The notes under the pieces were generated by a model, which worked only from the letters and a program-made list of their open reading frames with translations, was not told the DNA's origin and did not search any database. Positions 26,955 to 40,834 of a stretch of DNA of 64,000 nt are shown here, one piece after another. A program made the translations under genes and the position numbers. Origin of the DNA: Paramecium tetraurelia (taxonomy: Eukaryota); contig CT868507.1 in assembly GCA_000165425.1 (NCBI GenBank), positions 124,001 through 188,000 on the forward strand, written 5' to 3'. Every line of letters begins with the position of its first letter. Position 1 is the first letter of the stretch.

Positions 26955-29900
26955 TCATAACACCTATTAAATAATTTAATTGAATTTTTTTAAGATTTCT
27001 CTATTTCTATTTATTTTTGATTCTTCCTTTGTTATTTTCTCTTCCATCTTTTTAGCATTCTTAATGACATCACTTGGAATGCCTGCAATCTTAGCTACAT
27101 TTGTAGCAAAGCTCTTCTCTGCTACTCCATTTATTAGTTTATATTCAAAGACCACTTTATCCATTTCCTGATAATGCTTCATCACACATTATTGAATGTT
27201 CTTGAATAAAGCAAACTCATCCAACAGAATGTGATAATGAGTAGCAAAAATTGTCTTAGGTTTAATCTTTTAAGATAAATATCTCAGAACAGCAGAGGCC
27301 AATGCTACTCCATCATATGTTGAGGTTCCTCTACCTAATTCATCCATTATCACTAAGCTTCTAGAAGTGCAATGTTCTAAAATGGTCTTCGTCTCTTCAA
27401 GTTCAATGAAGAAAGTTGATTTGCCTTCCAACATTCTATCAGATGCACCTAATCGACAAAAGATACGATCAAAAGGAACTAATTTGAATGACTTCGCAGG
27501 TACTGCACATCCAATTTAAGCCAATATGATTTAGATCCCAATCAATCTGAGGAGAGTCGACTTTCCACTCATATTAGGACCTGTCAATAAGAGGGTATCA
27601 ACAGAATTGACAAATTTTATTGTGTTAGGTACCCAATCAATATCTCGATTTTACAATAAACAAGGATGATATGCTTCTTAAAGGACAAATTCCTGATCTT
27701 CGTCTTCGTCTGCTGAAACGTCAAGGATTTGGGGAAATGTATTAAATTTATATTGTCTTGACACTAAAGCCAAAGAAATCCTAAATTCATAATAATATTT
27801 ACAAGCAATCTGCTTCTGAGAGTAATGAAATAAGTTGCAAGAACTCTTTTCTATAAGAATAGAATTTGGTGAAGTAGTCATTAATGAAGGGTATCAATTT
27901 TTGAGATAACTCATCCTCAACAACTTTTAAATGAAAAATCTATTATTCAATAAAGTCAGTCTAAAATCTTTGAAACCCCTTCTTCTTTGATGTAATTACT
28001 AATTCCTTCGGTTTTTAATTGGATTCCAGACATTAATCAGGAATTTCAATTTAATATCGAATTTTCCCATGATGATATGAAATTTAAGGACATTTCAACT
28101 TGGTTTGCCATTTCTTCAATTCTTATTCCAAGGAATCTATTATGTCAGTCATTTTATCAAATGCTTAGTCATATTCTGGAGAGACTCCCTTGACTGGTTA
28201 TGGTTCTCCATCTTGGATCTAAATGCATTTTTCCAATTCCTTTAGTGCAGTATTCAGAATGGTTATATTTTCTTTATAACTTAAAATTTTCTTAAGCTTG
28301 TTTGATTTGAAGTTATGTAAATAATTTTCAAAGACTTTGAATGTCTCTGAAGCAGCTTTGATATGTTTAATCACTTGAGTAATTTCTTTCAACTTAACCT
28401 TTCCAAAACTTTCTCCTCCAGAAATAGGAACAGCCTTGAGTTTATGTGAATGGATGGTATTAAAACATCTAATTATGTTTCTTTCCAGATCTGGAATGGA
28501 TCTAATTCTTCTTTGAAATTCATCACAGGGCTCAATAAAATCCATAAGATCTCTAATGCAATCCTGTCTCTCTCTGATATGTTTGTGATTCAAAAGAGGA
28601 CTCTAAACCCATTTAGTCAATAATCTCTTTCCAAAAGGAGTGACACATTTATTTAAGTATTCGAAAAGACTTCCCTTAGAAGAAACCTTGGTTTGAAGAT
28701 TGACATCAAAAATCTCCAAACTTTCTAGAGCTTGAGAATCGAGATATAAATTTAATTTTTGATTGAAGTTTGAATCGAGGAACTGGAACTTTCCTCTTCT
28801 ATAAACAGAAGTGTGGATTAGCAATTATCTCATGTAGCACAATTTGATATAAAAGGATTGAAGTGTAAAATAATAAGAATAGTAAGTAGATTCATCCTCA
28901 TCTTAAGCAAGTTTCTTTTCAAAATAATATTGTTTCTCCAATTCTACCAATAAGGAAGGGTACTCATCACTCAAGACATAGTCCCCTTCTTAATGACTCT
29001 CTTCCATTATGATGTCATCCGGTTGACCTTTGTAAAGACCTTGATTGATGTTGGTTTCAATATGATGTTCTGGTTCAATTTTGTCAGACGGCAGAACGAT
29101 GCCCTCAAAACTGCTATTTGTTGACAACTTTGTCTTTTTGCCTTGAGTCTTCTTCTTCTCTAAATATTCAACTTTAAGCTATTCGAAAATGTATTCGCAG
29201 TCTTTAAATTCTTTCTTGGAGGATATAATGATTGGATTGCAAATAGTCCTATTAATTAATCATATTTGTTTACTTCATCATTTTTTCAATTTCTGGAGTT
29301 GCCTTAGAGAGGATCACTTCTACAGGCTTTGTTTTATAAATGATAGATCTCAATTGATTGGATTGTTCATCATCAAAGAATTGATCAAGATAAAAATTAT
29401 TAGTTGTACAATCTACAATGGAGACTCCATAACTATATTTATGGCCTTTGAGATTGACAGGAGCACTCGAACAAACTAAAACCAAGAGATTTCTTGATTC
29501 ATATGAATCCATGTCACTTAAATCTTGCAATGTGCCTCTGCTAATTAATTATGTAATTTCTCTTTTGACTACTTCTCCTTCTTCTTTGTTCGCCACATCT
29601 GCTTTTTCTAATTACTCAACCAACATAATTTTATGTCCCTTTTCTAATAATGTTCTTTGATATATGGGTAATTGACTATCATACACAGTCAAACAAGGTC
29701 GATCCTTTCCCCAAAAGCCTAAGTAACGATTGAACATTCTGGCAATGATGATAGCATCATTATACATTACATTGATCCATCTACCACATCTAAAAAATAC
29801 TAAAGAATCATAATGTGCCTTTTTGGCATTCCAATATTGTCTGAACATAGGTGATAACTTTTAATATTAGGCAATTGGGATGTCTAATGTGGATGGATCA

Positions 29901-30337
29901 TAATTAGGATCATTTGGTCTTCTGCCTTCAGCATCTCTAATGAAATCAGGTTGGACAAAGGATGGCAACAAAAGTTCTGCTGTCCTAAAGAATTCTTCAG
30001 CATCTTTGGTTATTAATGGCTATTCAACCGGTTCGTGATTGTTGTTGTCTTCTTCTTCCACTTACTCATTTTATTTCCCCTTTTTTTTGCTTTTTGTATT
30101 CCCCTTTTTAACAGTAATGGATTTAGATTAACGAGGTTTTTTCTTATTAAATTTGTCATCATCTGAGCTTGGTTGTAATTCAGATTCTGATGATTCCTTC
30201 TCTTGTTCAGGTTGATATTCATCATCTAATCTCTTAAGTTTACCTGGTTTTTTAGTCTCTTTCTTGGTTGATTTCTTTTTTTGGTTCTTTGAGATCACAA
30301 ACATATCATCATTTTCATCCTGCTAAATTTTCCGCAT
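26955..30337 (-). CDS. MSH6: MutS homolog, MSH6-like
   Basis: [16 protein letters not shown] (MSH6 hallmark), [60 protein letters not shown]. Confidence 0.9.
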
Positions 30338-30552
30338 TTTTTTTAATTTCTTTAATTTAAGTTTAATTTTAAATTTTAATTCAATTTTTTTAATCCAATT
30401 CACTTGCATTTTCTCATAATACATTAAACATAATTTAGAATTATTATTTATAGAGAGATAGAAATCACGATGTAATTGAAAAAGAGATCAATTCTACAAA
30501 ATTACAAATAGAATGTGTATAATTAAAATAATTATAAATATAATATTTTCCA

Positions 30553-33220
30553 ATGAGTACACACAACACTAAACTTGGTTTCAGCAGATCATTAAAGGAA
30601 GTGTCACCACCTTAAAAAGAGAACCTCTCCATTCAATAAGTTCTGGAGATGTTTCATTCCCCTTATACTGAACAACTAACTGATCGAAAGAGTGAAGCAA
30701 TTGTAAGATTCTGTAGACAAAGATCAGGAGGGTTCTTATTGGAAGAGATTCAAGAATTAATTGAGATATTGAGATTATCTATTGCTGAAAACAACGCATT
30801 AATGTAACCAGCCATATAAAAAATTTGCGAAACTGCCTCTGTCCCATTCATCAAATTAAGAACATCTGATTAATTGAAATTTGTTCCAAAATTAAGTGAA
30901 TTCCTAGATACTTTGAAACCTGTACTCTTTAGTCCACAATAGGAATCAGGTAGTCAATAGCCTGAATTGCGAATGCCAGTTATTAAATTTTTAAAATGTT
31001 TTGCAGAAGAAGGAATTAGTGAAATAATGAAGGAAGAAGCCTCGTTTGAATAATAAAAGAAATAAACTGAATTGTCACCTTTGCAACATCTCTTGAAGAA
31101 TGGAACAAGAGTAACTATATAACTCAATACTATTAGAACTTAAGAGCATTGAACCAATCCAATTTGATTGAAAACATCATCTTTACCATGTAACATTACT
31201 CAAAACAGTATGAATATTTGTTACCCTTGCTTGAATTGATTTCTAGTTGCATTCTCTATAGAGATTTAGCTGCTAAATTTTCAAATTTTGGTATTCTCAA
31301 GGATATTGTGTATGTGATATTTGAATGCGAGGATTTTAGATCATATATTGTGAAATCCTGCTTTGAGATTATTTGGAATACGAATTGAAGTAAGAAGGAT
31401 TATTTAACTAATAGGCTGTTGGAGTAGCATCAATTAAGTTATTTGCAGTGGAGGATATCATTTCAGGATTGAAGAAACTATTCGAACACATTATGAAGTA
31501 GGGATATAAGTTAGAAGACAAATGCCTAAGAAATGAAATCCTAATCTTATTAAATTATCTGATGAGAGATGAGAAGGTAAATTAGAAATCTATAATTTAA
31601 GGCTTTACTATATTTTGTTGATAAGCCTCAAGCTCATTCAATTTAATAGTAGACCAATTTCTTAGAAGTCTTACTGTTCTATGCCACAATTGATGAAGTC
31701 ACATTCTACAATGAACCAATCAGAACTAACTAGTTAAAAGCATTCTTTGGTACCACTAGTGAAGACTTAGAATTTAAGAAGTTGATTTGGAGTGGAATTT
31801 TGACAGCTGTATAATCAGGCAACTAAGCGGTATTAGAAGCTGTTAAGGAGTCTCCTTTCATTATCACTTTATTATTATACATAGATCCTCTTGCGAATAG
31901 TTATGCTGTTAATAGATGGTCTCCTCCATAGAAAAAAGAGATATAATTACATTGTTTAGGAATATTGGGAAATGCAATTGTATATTTAAAAGATGAGTAA
32001 TAAATGAAAATATTTTTCAACTAGTTTTTATGAAAAGAATGGTCTGTTTTGTCTAACCAAGTTTCTCACTAACACTCAAGAATTGGATCACAAGGAAAGA
32101 TGTTTAAAGGCCTTTAATAATGCTTCAGAATTTGAATAGAATTATAAGATCAAGATTTGTGATGAAGGTGTGATGGATAATCTTATTGAATTCTTGTAAA
32201 ATGAAAATGACAATGATAATCCATTAAAAATAAAGGAACTGTGTTTCTCTATTATTTCCAATTTGTGTAAAGAATGCAATAAAAATAAGAAGTTATTTAG
32301 ATAAAAGGGTGCTGTTGAATTAATGGTTAATGCATTAAAGAATCCTAATTTAGGTACAAGTGCAAGATATGCTCTCTATGCAGTCAGTGTTCTTGATTGC
32401 TTATGGAACACTATTCTAGGCAATAGAAAATCTGAAGCTATCTTTTTAGATTCTGAAGGACTCTATGTACTATTAGAATTCTTGGAAACCTGCGATGATA
32501 TGCATAAGAAACTTACTCTGTCTTGCTTAAGTTATTTGATGGAAAATCCTAAGGCTATTCCATACTTTTGTGATTGGAATTCTCCAAAAACAATGATCAA
32601 CAGTACTTAGTTACTGGTCAAGATTTATGTTGCGGAGGATCAGAGATTTGGAGTTAAGTATTCTGACGGCATTGTCACTAACAAACTCAGACCACTGAAT
32701 CCACAAAATGATCCAAGTCTTAGATCACCCAATCAATAGGGAGATCATAAAACAAAACATATGAAATCTCTTAGAATTCAACAGGAGGATTTGGAATCAG
32801 ATGTTGGCAGCGAAGCATATTTGGTAAGAAGAATAACCGAAAAATCAGCTGAATATGATTTAAGAGCAATTGTATTTGCTATATTGTATAGAACAGGATT
32901 TGATAAGAATGAATTGCTACCAAATGAGAAATAGATGGTAGAAGTTATACAACTATATCCTCATTTTAAAATAGGAGAAATCTGGAGAGAAATCAAATAT
33001 GATCTAGAATAGGATAAAATTAAACCTACCTCAGATGATTACCATTGGCTTATGACATCAATTGAAGAATCAGAAGAACTAGTCATGAACTGCATGAATA
33101 CTTAAGGACTTGTATCACTATTTATTATAACTTTAGATTGCAAGAGAGTTCAGAAAAGTATAAGAAGAAGAACTAACCAAATTCTACGATATTATAAGAA
33201 GTAATAAATTAACTAAATGA
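30553..33220 (+). CDS. CFAP69: Cilia- and flagella-associated protein 69-like (ARM repeats); one apparent +1 frameshift near 31383
   Basis: EIIWN, GYKLEDKCLRNEILIL, TSEDLEFKKLIW, WSPPQKKEIQLH, SVLDCLWNTILGN..FLDSEGLYVLLEFLE, DLRAIVFA. Several tiny introns. Confidence 0.8.
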
Positions 33221-33297
33221 ACAATATTCATATTAAAAGTTATATATCAGATTCTAATTTCTTGAAGTAAATAATAGCTATATATAAATAATATATC

Positions 33298-35050
33298 ATG
33301 ACTATTTAATTTAAGTGTTCAAGATTATGTGAGTTATTAGACGGTGTCAGGATTATTACTTGGGCTTTATGCCTATCTTTTAAAATATAATGTGTTTTGA
33401 GTGGCTGGATTCAGAACTGGTACACTAACTGTCTTATTTTGATTATAGTCAAATAGTTTAACAGTTTTAGATTATGAGGTTTAGAGTCCTTTCTTCTCCT
33501 TGTTTTTTTCAATTATATGGTCACTAGGATGTGATTTTAGTGATGAAGTTCCACAAATTCCCATATAGCCTATCTTGAGATAATAATAAAGTTTTATTAT
33601 AATTATAATTATTATCAAAACTAAAGAAATATTGTTTATTTCAAATCGTTACAAGGGAATTTGATCTAAATCGTTTGGATGTATCATTTTTGTTATAATT
33701 TTAAATATGGCTTTTGAATCTCTGTCTATTAATTTAAGAAAGCGAAATTCTTTTCACTGGGCTTATGGTTGTCATATAGAGAGGTGATTCCTATTCTAAA
33801 AATTTAAACTAATGATTTAACCTCTTAACAATTCCAAAATCTTATCCTATAAACTAAACTAACTATCACATTCTCTTATAATAGATAACAACATAAAATC
33901 TTTGCTTATTAACATATCTCAACCTTCTAATTTTTAAAATTACCTTTGATCATGCCTTTCTATTCATATGAAATCAAACTCCTTTTATACAATTCATATA
34001 AAGCATACAGTACTTCACTTTCGATTGCCATTATAAATTAATTTATATAATACTTTTAATTCATTCTTTATTTCTAATTTAAAGATTAGAAAAAGACATA
34101 TTTTCCTTTTTTTATTTATATTAATTTCATATACTGTTGACTTTGTAATTAAATTCTAAAATGAAAAATTATATATTTTGCTTGCAAAAACAATTTTCTA
34201 TCACATTTAATAGCCAGTAATTTATTGTTAAAACTAATGCCAACTCTTTGTTACAACATTTTAATCAAAAATATATCTCTTGCTGATAATTATTATTTAT
34301 TTTTATAGGGTATATATTTTCTTGTCATATTCCTTAATCTTAAAAGCTGGAAAAATAATCGATTCTTACTTGCTAATTAAATTTGATAGTATTTATTACA
34401 GTATATTTAATATTGAAAAGTCTGTCTAAGATTCTTAACTTAGAAACACTGTTTTTAATTCTATAATAATCTTAATCTATTATTAACATTGAATAAAATC
34501 CTTATCATAAATGATTATGAGGAAAAAAGATCAAGAAATTTATTGAATTGATAAACTCAACAGAATGATGATTTAAATTTAATGCTTTTTATGTACGAAT
34601 CTGCATCCCATTTATACAGTTTTAAGGATATCAGAGGTGATATTCTAATTAAATTAAATAATGTATCAAAATTCGATTCATATATATAAATAGTGAATAA
34701 AATCTATTTTAGGTTTTTACTATCTTTAATGTTAAATAAAGAGATTAAAATTCCTTCTTCTTTCTACTAAGAAGCTTTTGAAAAAGAATTTGACTAATAG
34801 AAGGTAAATATCATAGCCATATATGAAACAAATGTGCAAATATTTTTCTCTCTATAAGTCCATAAAATCTTCAGAGAAGAGGGCATGGAACCTTCCTCCC
34901 TTTACTGATATCGATTAGAAAGTTATCTGATAATTTAGATCCCAGGAAATATCTCTTAGTCTCAAGATCATAAGGATCAGAACAAAATGAATGAAGATTA
35001 AAATAAATTATTCGTTATGAAAGGAAAAACAAAAATATTATTGAAATTCT
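33298..35050 (+). pseudogene. Degenerate coding-like fragments of unknown identity
   Basis: Short coding-like stretches broken by in-frame TGA, with no consistent intron-rescued frame. Confidence 0.3.
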
Positions 35051-35432
35051 GGTTTCTTATACTGAATATAATTAATAACAATTATTTAAAACACATTTTA
35101 ATATTAATTTTATTTAATTTTAATTATTTAAAATATCATTACTAATTATTAATTAACTAAATTTAAATTAACGCCCTTATTTATAAATATAGGGTCTATT
35201 CAATAGCCTCAGATAAACTATAGATTTTCTTTAAGTTGTTAATTTTTTTATCAAATTTGTCAAGGATAGGTTTTAATTAGTTAATATAGTTTTTCCTATT
35301 TCCTAATGTTCCATTGCAAATAATACTTCTTATCAAGTAATGAATCACTCTCTTTTTGAAATATTGAGATAATTTTGTAATTTTTGAAAAGTCCAACCAT
35401 TCATGTTTTTACAACATATTTAATTATAAATT

Positions 35433-36940
35433 ATGTTGCTCTCTGTTTTAAGCATATATGTATTAAGTCTCTGAGTTCATCAGGCGAACCTGGCACTACA
35501 GATTTTTTAAACGTCCCTAAAACTTATAAGATTAAAGTAGGTTTTACTTTTTTGTAAACTCTATGGTGCGAATAGTATATATACTATACAAACTAATTTA
35601 TTCCCTTATGAATTGCAACAAATCAGAAGTTAAATTCATATTTTAGATGATTGGGAAGACAAGTTACTTATATTATATATTTAAGATAGTCAGCTTCTTG
35701 TTTAAGAAATTGTCTTAAGAAAGATGCCATATCTTTGGAGACCCTTGAGATTATTCATCCATTTAATTAGTTATCAGGATTAGAAGAATGATAAGATTCA
35801 TGATAATATATATTTCTAAGTTTGATTGACATAAATGATCTTAATATAACTTTACTGTTAAGAATGGAAGTCTATTAATAATTTATTTGGTAAATGCAAT
35901 ATGTTTTTAAATCATAAGCCGAAACGAAACTTGCATATGTGCTTTGCTTTAGACATTCATGGATTTTGAAGGGAATTCGTATTGTTTAATTAACTTAACT
36001 AATATGGCTCTTAAAATACTATAAAACAAAGACTGAAATAGTGACCAAGAGTCATTTTCCATGACTCTTGGGTACATAGTTGGTGTATAAAGGTTGCCTT
36101 CGAATCCCAGGTGGCTACTTATGAAAAAATTACCAATAATGTATTTGGTTAGAGGTGACTACTGAAAGTAGCTAAAAGGTTACTAGAACCTTCACTAATG
36201 CAGTATTTTCTACAAGCTCAAACGATTGTAATATTCCCTCTTGAATTGATTAATAATTAATAGTGAAAATAATTGTAAAACAGACAGATGTGAAGATTAA
36301 TCCTAAGTCCATGCTAATGGGTTGATAGGATTGTGATATTTTTTATAATGAAATTTCGAATTATATGCACTTCATTTTGATAATACAGGTGAGGAACAAG
36401 TAGATTTAAGATTTGTGATTACATTACTAGTTGAACTAATACAGTAACTCGCATCTTTAGCTTTTATATTAGTGATGGCTTCAAATTTATTGCCAAAAGC
36501 ATATGTTATCAAATATACAACCAAATAGGATGCAACTCTTAAAAAATGGATGGAATTTGTATTTAGATTACAGCTTCTTCTGGAACAACTACCAAAGGCA
36601 ATCATCCATTTATTAATAATTATACTACCACCATTAGGGATCTGATTACTTGTCAAATAGCATCAAGTAGATGTAAATGGACTTCCACTAGTGCTACTAT
36701 TACCATTTCTTGCTATGATCATATTTTGTAATTCTTATAATGCTTAACCAGACAAATTATCATATTTCCCAACTTGAGATGGTAAAAAATATAACTTTTA
36801 CTGAAATTTTTCTGGGAAATGCACAGCTACAGATTTAAAGACCTTACTTGAATCAGATCATGAAGTTTTGGATACCATGACAAATTCATGCGGCTAATGT
36901 GATGCTGTAATCAAAACAATTTTACAAATTTGAATACTGC
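35433..36940 (+). pseudogene. Decayed Cys-rich surface-protein (mini-antigen-like) gene
   Basis: Signal-like MLLSVLSIYVLSL* and fragments such as DLITCQIASSRCKWTSTSATITISCYDH and CTATDLKTL, interrupted by TGAs and frameshifts. Confidence 0.55.
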
Positions 36941-37082
36941 TGCTAATAATTGAGCAGAAAGAATTGAATAATGATATGTTTTATGTGTAAATCTACTTTT
37001 AGGATACTTAATATGTTGATGAGTTGATTCTTTAAATTTATATAAAGAAAATTAATATAAATTAACAAAAACTAAAAATTTA

Positions 37083-39339
37083 TCAAAGTGTTTTAACATT
37101 ATTATGTGATAATTAGAAATCTCTTATTCCCCAATATTCTCCAACATTCAATTATTCCATTTTAAATATCATAAAGATGCTCTCATCTGAATTATCCAAA
37201 ATATAATCAAATTTAAAATTATGAGTATATTCAGTGCCTCCACAGAATTTCTTATCTTCAATATCAAGATACTCCTATTTTTTTTCATCATTAATTGTTT
37301 GTGTAAAAATAAATTAAGTCTCCCTGAGGGAAGCTTAAATTGTCACTATCGAAAAACTTATTCTTATCTGGATATGTGGAGGTAGATTTAGAAATTATCT
37401 TTTCAAAAATGAATCCTAATCTAAGGCAGTTGATGTTGATCCCCCAACAATTTATTTAGAACCACACGACCAAATTGGTGAATTTTGTAAGATAATTTTC
37501 CAAGGAGTTATTTCTGCATTAGAAAACTTTACTACATTCAGATTTTTCAAGTAAGGAAATCCATTAACAGTTAATATGAATTCTCTTATTCCCCAATAGC
37601 CTTAAATAATTAATATAAACTTTACCTGTTGAAGTATTTGGTTGGTTTGTGTAAATTTCAATAATTGCTTAAGACCTTGTATGAAGAATGGTTGTAATAG
37701 TGATCTTCATCACTTAATCAATTTTGGCGTACACTCCGCAATATGGCATATCCTTAGTTGGATCAACTGTGGATGGTATTGTATATTGGTATACAACAAT
37801 GCCATCAACAGCTACATACAAAATGTCATCATTGAATTAATCAATGTAGTATATTTTAAAGGATAAACCTATTTTAACATGAGTCTTTAAATCATAAACA
37901 CTTTAAAGAAAATGTTTTCCTTATAAATTATTATATCCACCAAGTAGAGCCTAATTATTACATTCATTTGGTTAAGTAAATTAAAATGGAGTCACTACCT
38001 GCCAATCCTCATCATCACTGAGAGTAGCTAATCTCAGATTATTGGCAAATAAAATGAATTTAGAATAATAACTATTTTCACATTAAGTCTCTTTAGGACC
38101 AAAGCAGGAATTCTAACAAGTAGAATGACATTTTTTAATAAAAACCTAAAAGTTTCGAATACCCCATTTCGTTTTCCATCCTATAATTTGTTAATTTGCT
38201 GATGTTTAAAACTCAACTAGGGTATCTTAATGAAAAGCTTCATATTCAACCTATGAAACCAAATCCCCTCGAGTCTTATCAATCAATTTGGAACAAATTT
38301 CAGGTGAACTTACAAAGGTTTAGAATCCAACAAGAAACATAGTCTTACCATTTAATTATCCTTGCCAATATGTTGAAGGGGCAACAGCTTATTCAAGTAC
38401 AATGTGTAAATATTATATTTTAATTCTGTAATGAGGCTCTAAAATAATTGTTCTTCTCATTTTGTCCTACATTTCCAGATATCCAAGAATCTGCATTGAA
38501 TTTATATCTAAATATCATTTAATATTACTTTCACTCATACAATTAGTTGATTTTTTAATTTACATGCTTGGAGATTCCTAGATGACTGACCAACCATCGC
38601 TATTAAAAATATTTCTGTCTATTTCTAACAAAGATTCAAAAGAAAGCGACCACTCTATGCATTCATACTCTTATTTGTCTTATCTTGAACAATGTTAGCA
38701 ATTATTTGGACAGGGAATTGAGTATAAATTAAAATCCCTAATTCCATAGGTGACTTTCTAATTTCTAAGTTAAATTTCTTACATTAGAATCAGTTATTAC
38801 ACCAGCAAATTATATAAATGCAGACGAAGCACTATGAGTCATCGTGACTTCTGTATTCTATATTGCTAACCTTTTTTTTGGACTAAATATCGTATAGATA
38901 TGATATTAATTTAGCCCATCAATATTAAAATACACATGGCAATCTCCAGTCGGGTATATCTAATCATTATATCTATTTCAATTCATAATATACATGTAAA
39001 TTTGAAAACTAATAATCAAAGCTTTATGAGGCTTCAGATTATTATGATATTTAATCATTCCTTGATATGGCATATGAGTTCCAAATGGTTTAAAAATATT
39101 ATTAGATCGGTCCCAAAATATTGAATTAAACCCAAAATAACTTTAAGTGACTGAAGGAGGTTTATCAATGCCTGATCCTTATTGCTCAACAACAACTAAA
39201 TTCCAACCTCATTTCTTTTAACTAAAATACCATCAAAATCTGTGAAAGTGTCATCTGTAAATGAAGAGAATTCCAATACTTTTTGCATTTCAATAGGTTT
39301 TACAAGTACTATAATTAGAACAAAATATTGAAGAAACAT
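37083..39339 (-). CDS. Secreted protein with four tandem ~160-aa repeats (W..C..LGG..LxPH..H..WGIRxF)
   Basis: Signal peptide MFLQYFVLIIVLV. The frame is intact after removing five 21-25 nt introns. Repeat cores are LKPH..YGIRDF, LEPH..WGIRNF, LKTH..WGIREF and LPPH..WGIRDF; stop at 37083-37085. Confidence 0.8.
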
Positions 39340-39899
39340 AATTTTGTAAATAAAAAATAAAATGCTTCGCTTTATAAATCAAATCAAGCCTTGCATATAT
39401 ATAAAAAGGCAAGAAAGAGCATATATTAAAATATATAATTACAACTAAAATGGTTTCATATTATCGAATGTACAATTTTTTTCCTTAAACAATTCTTGCT
39501 TAAATGGTAGCCTAGCTGGAAAAATACATAATAAAGGGAGTTATTTGAGGTTTACTTTAGATTTCAATGAAAAAGGTTTTATAAATGAAATTTGATTTTA
39601 GCATTTAGTCTTTGTTAAAAATTTCTAATTACAACAGATATTGGAGGAAACTAATAAGTGTTCAAAGAATTGTTTAAAGTATGTGTATATTATCAAATTT
39701 AGAAAATTCTATCCAATGAAGTCAGCTGAGGGATTGTTGTCTTTGATCCTGGCATAATTAACTGAGATGTTTTTTTGAAATTAAAACGGCTTTAAAATTT
39801 ATTTTGACAATCATTATTAATTATAATACCACCGTCGTCATTGGAGGAAATAGTTTAAGAATATATATATCAGCTAAAATTCAATAAAGGTAACTCATA

Positions 39900-40822
39900 A
39901 TAGCAGACAATCTTATTACATAAGTTCTAATGTAAACTGTTTCTGAAAATGTATTAAAAATTCATTATGCTTGTCAAATAATTATAAGGAAATTTGAATA
40001 TCATTTTTGGATACATAACCTCCATTTAAGAAAGTAGGTTAAAAATGAATCCTTTTAAATCAGATGACTTTCTAAAAACAAGTTTATAATAATTCGTATT
40101 ATTTTTCTTTATATATAAAAATCCAATTATAATAATTTGTATATTTATATAAAAAATATCTGCCATGTAGTATTTTTTTCATAGTACAAAAAAATTTAAA
40201 TTACAAAAATGCTAACAAATTTATTAAAATGACAAAGCTACCATCTAAAATAGAGTGTTATTTTTCCTTAATAATAATCTTAACAGGTTTTTCAAAATTT
40301 AGGATTGTTAATTTTTTTAACTCATTTTTATAAATCTTTTTAATAGTCTCTTTTGATATTTGGAAATTTAAAATAAACACAAAAGATATAGGTGGCCCAA
40401 TAAAATGTTTAATTAATGAGAAAAATGATAATCAATGAAATATATAATATTAGTGCATCCACAATTTAATCTTCTTAAATAGCAACTGCTGAAATACTTA
40501 TAATCATTTCTGTTTCCATTTATATAATTTTTTTGTTTAATGTTGTTTTAATTATAAAGATTGTGAAAACAGCATAATTAGGAATTTTTGTGTTTCTACC
40601 AAGCCTTTCTTAATTAAACAAAGAAATGGTTCTTTTGAGTTCAAGAAATTCCACAATTGTTCAGACTAAAATACCGATTGTAGATATTGACAACTATTTT
40701 AAGTCTTGATACCATTAAATTAGAGATATAACAAATAATAACACAAAGTTTAACTTCTTAGTTTAGATTATAGAATATAATTCACTTAATATTATTAATA
40801 AGAATATATTTAAATATTTCAT
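39900..40822 (-). pseudogene. Probable decayed gene
   Basis: Signal-like MKYLNIFLLIILS start followed by TGA-interrupted frames. Confidence 0.3.
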
Positions 40823-40834
40823 ATTCTTAGAATT

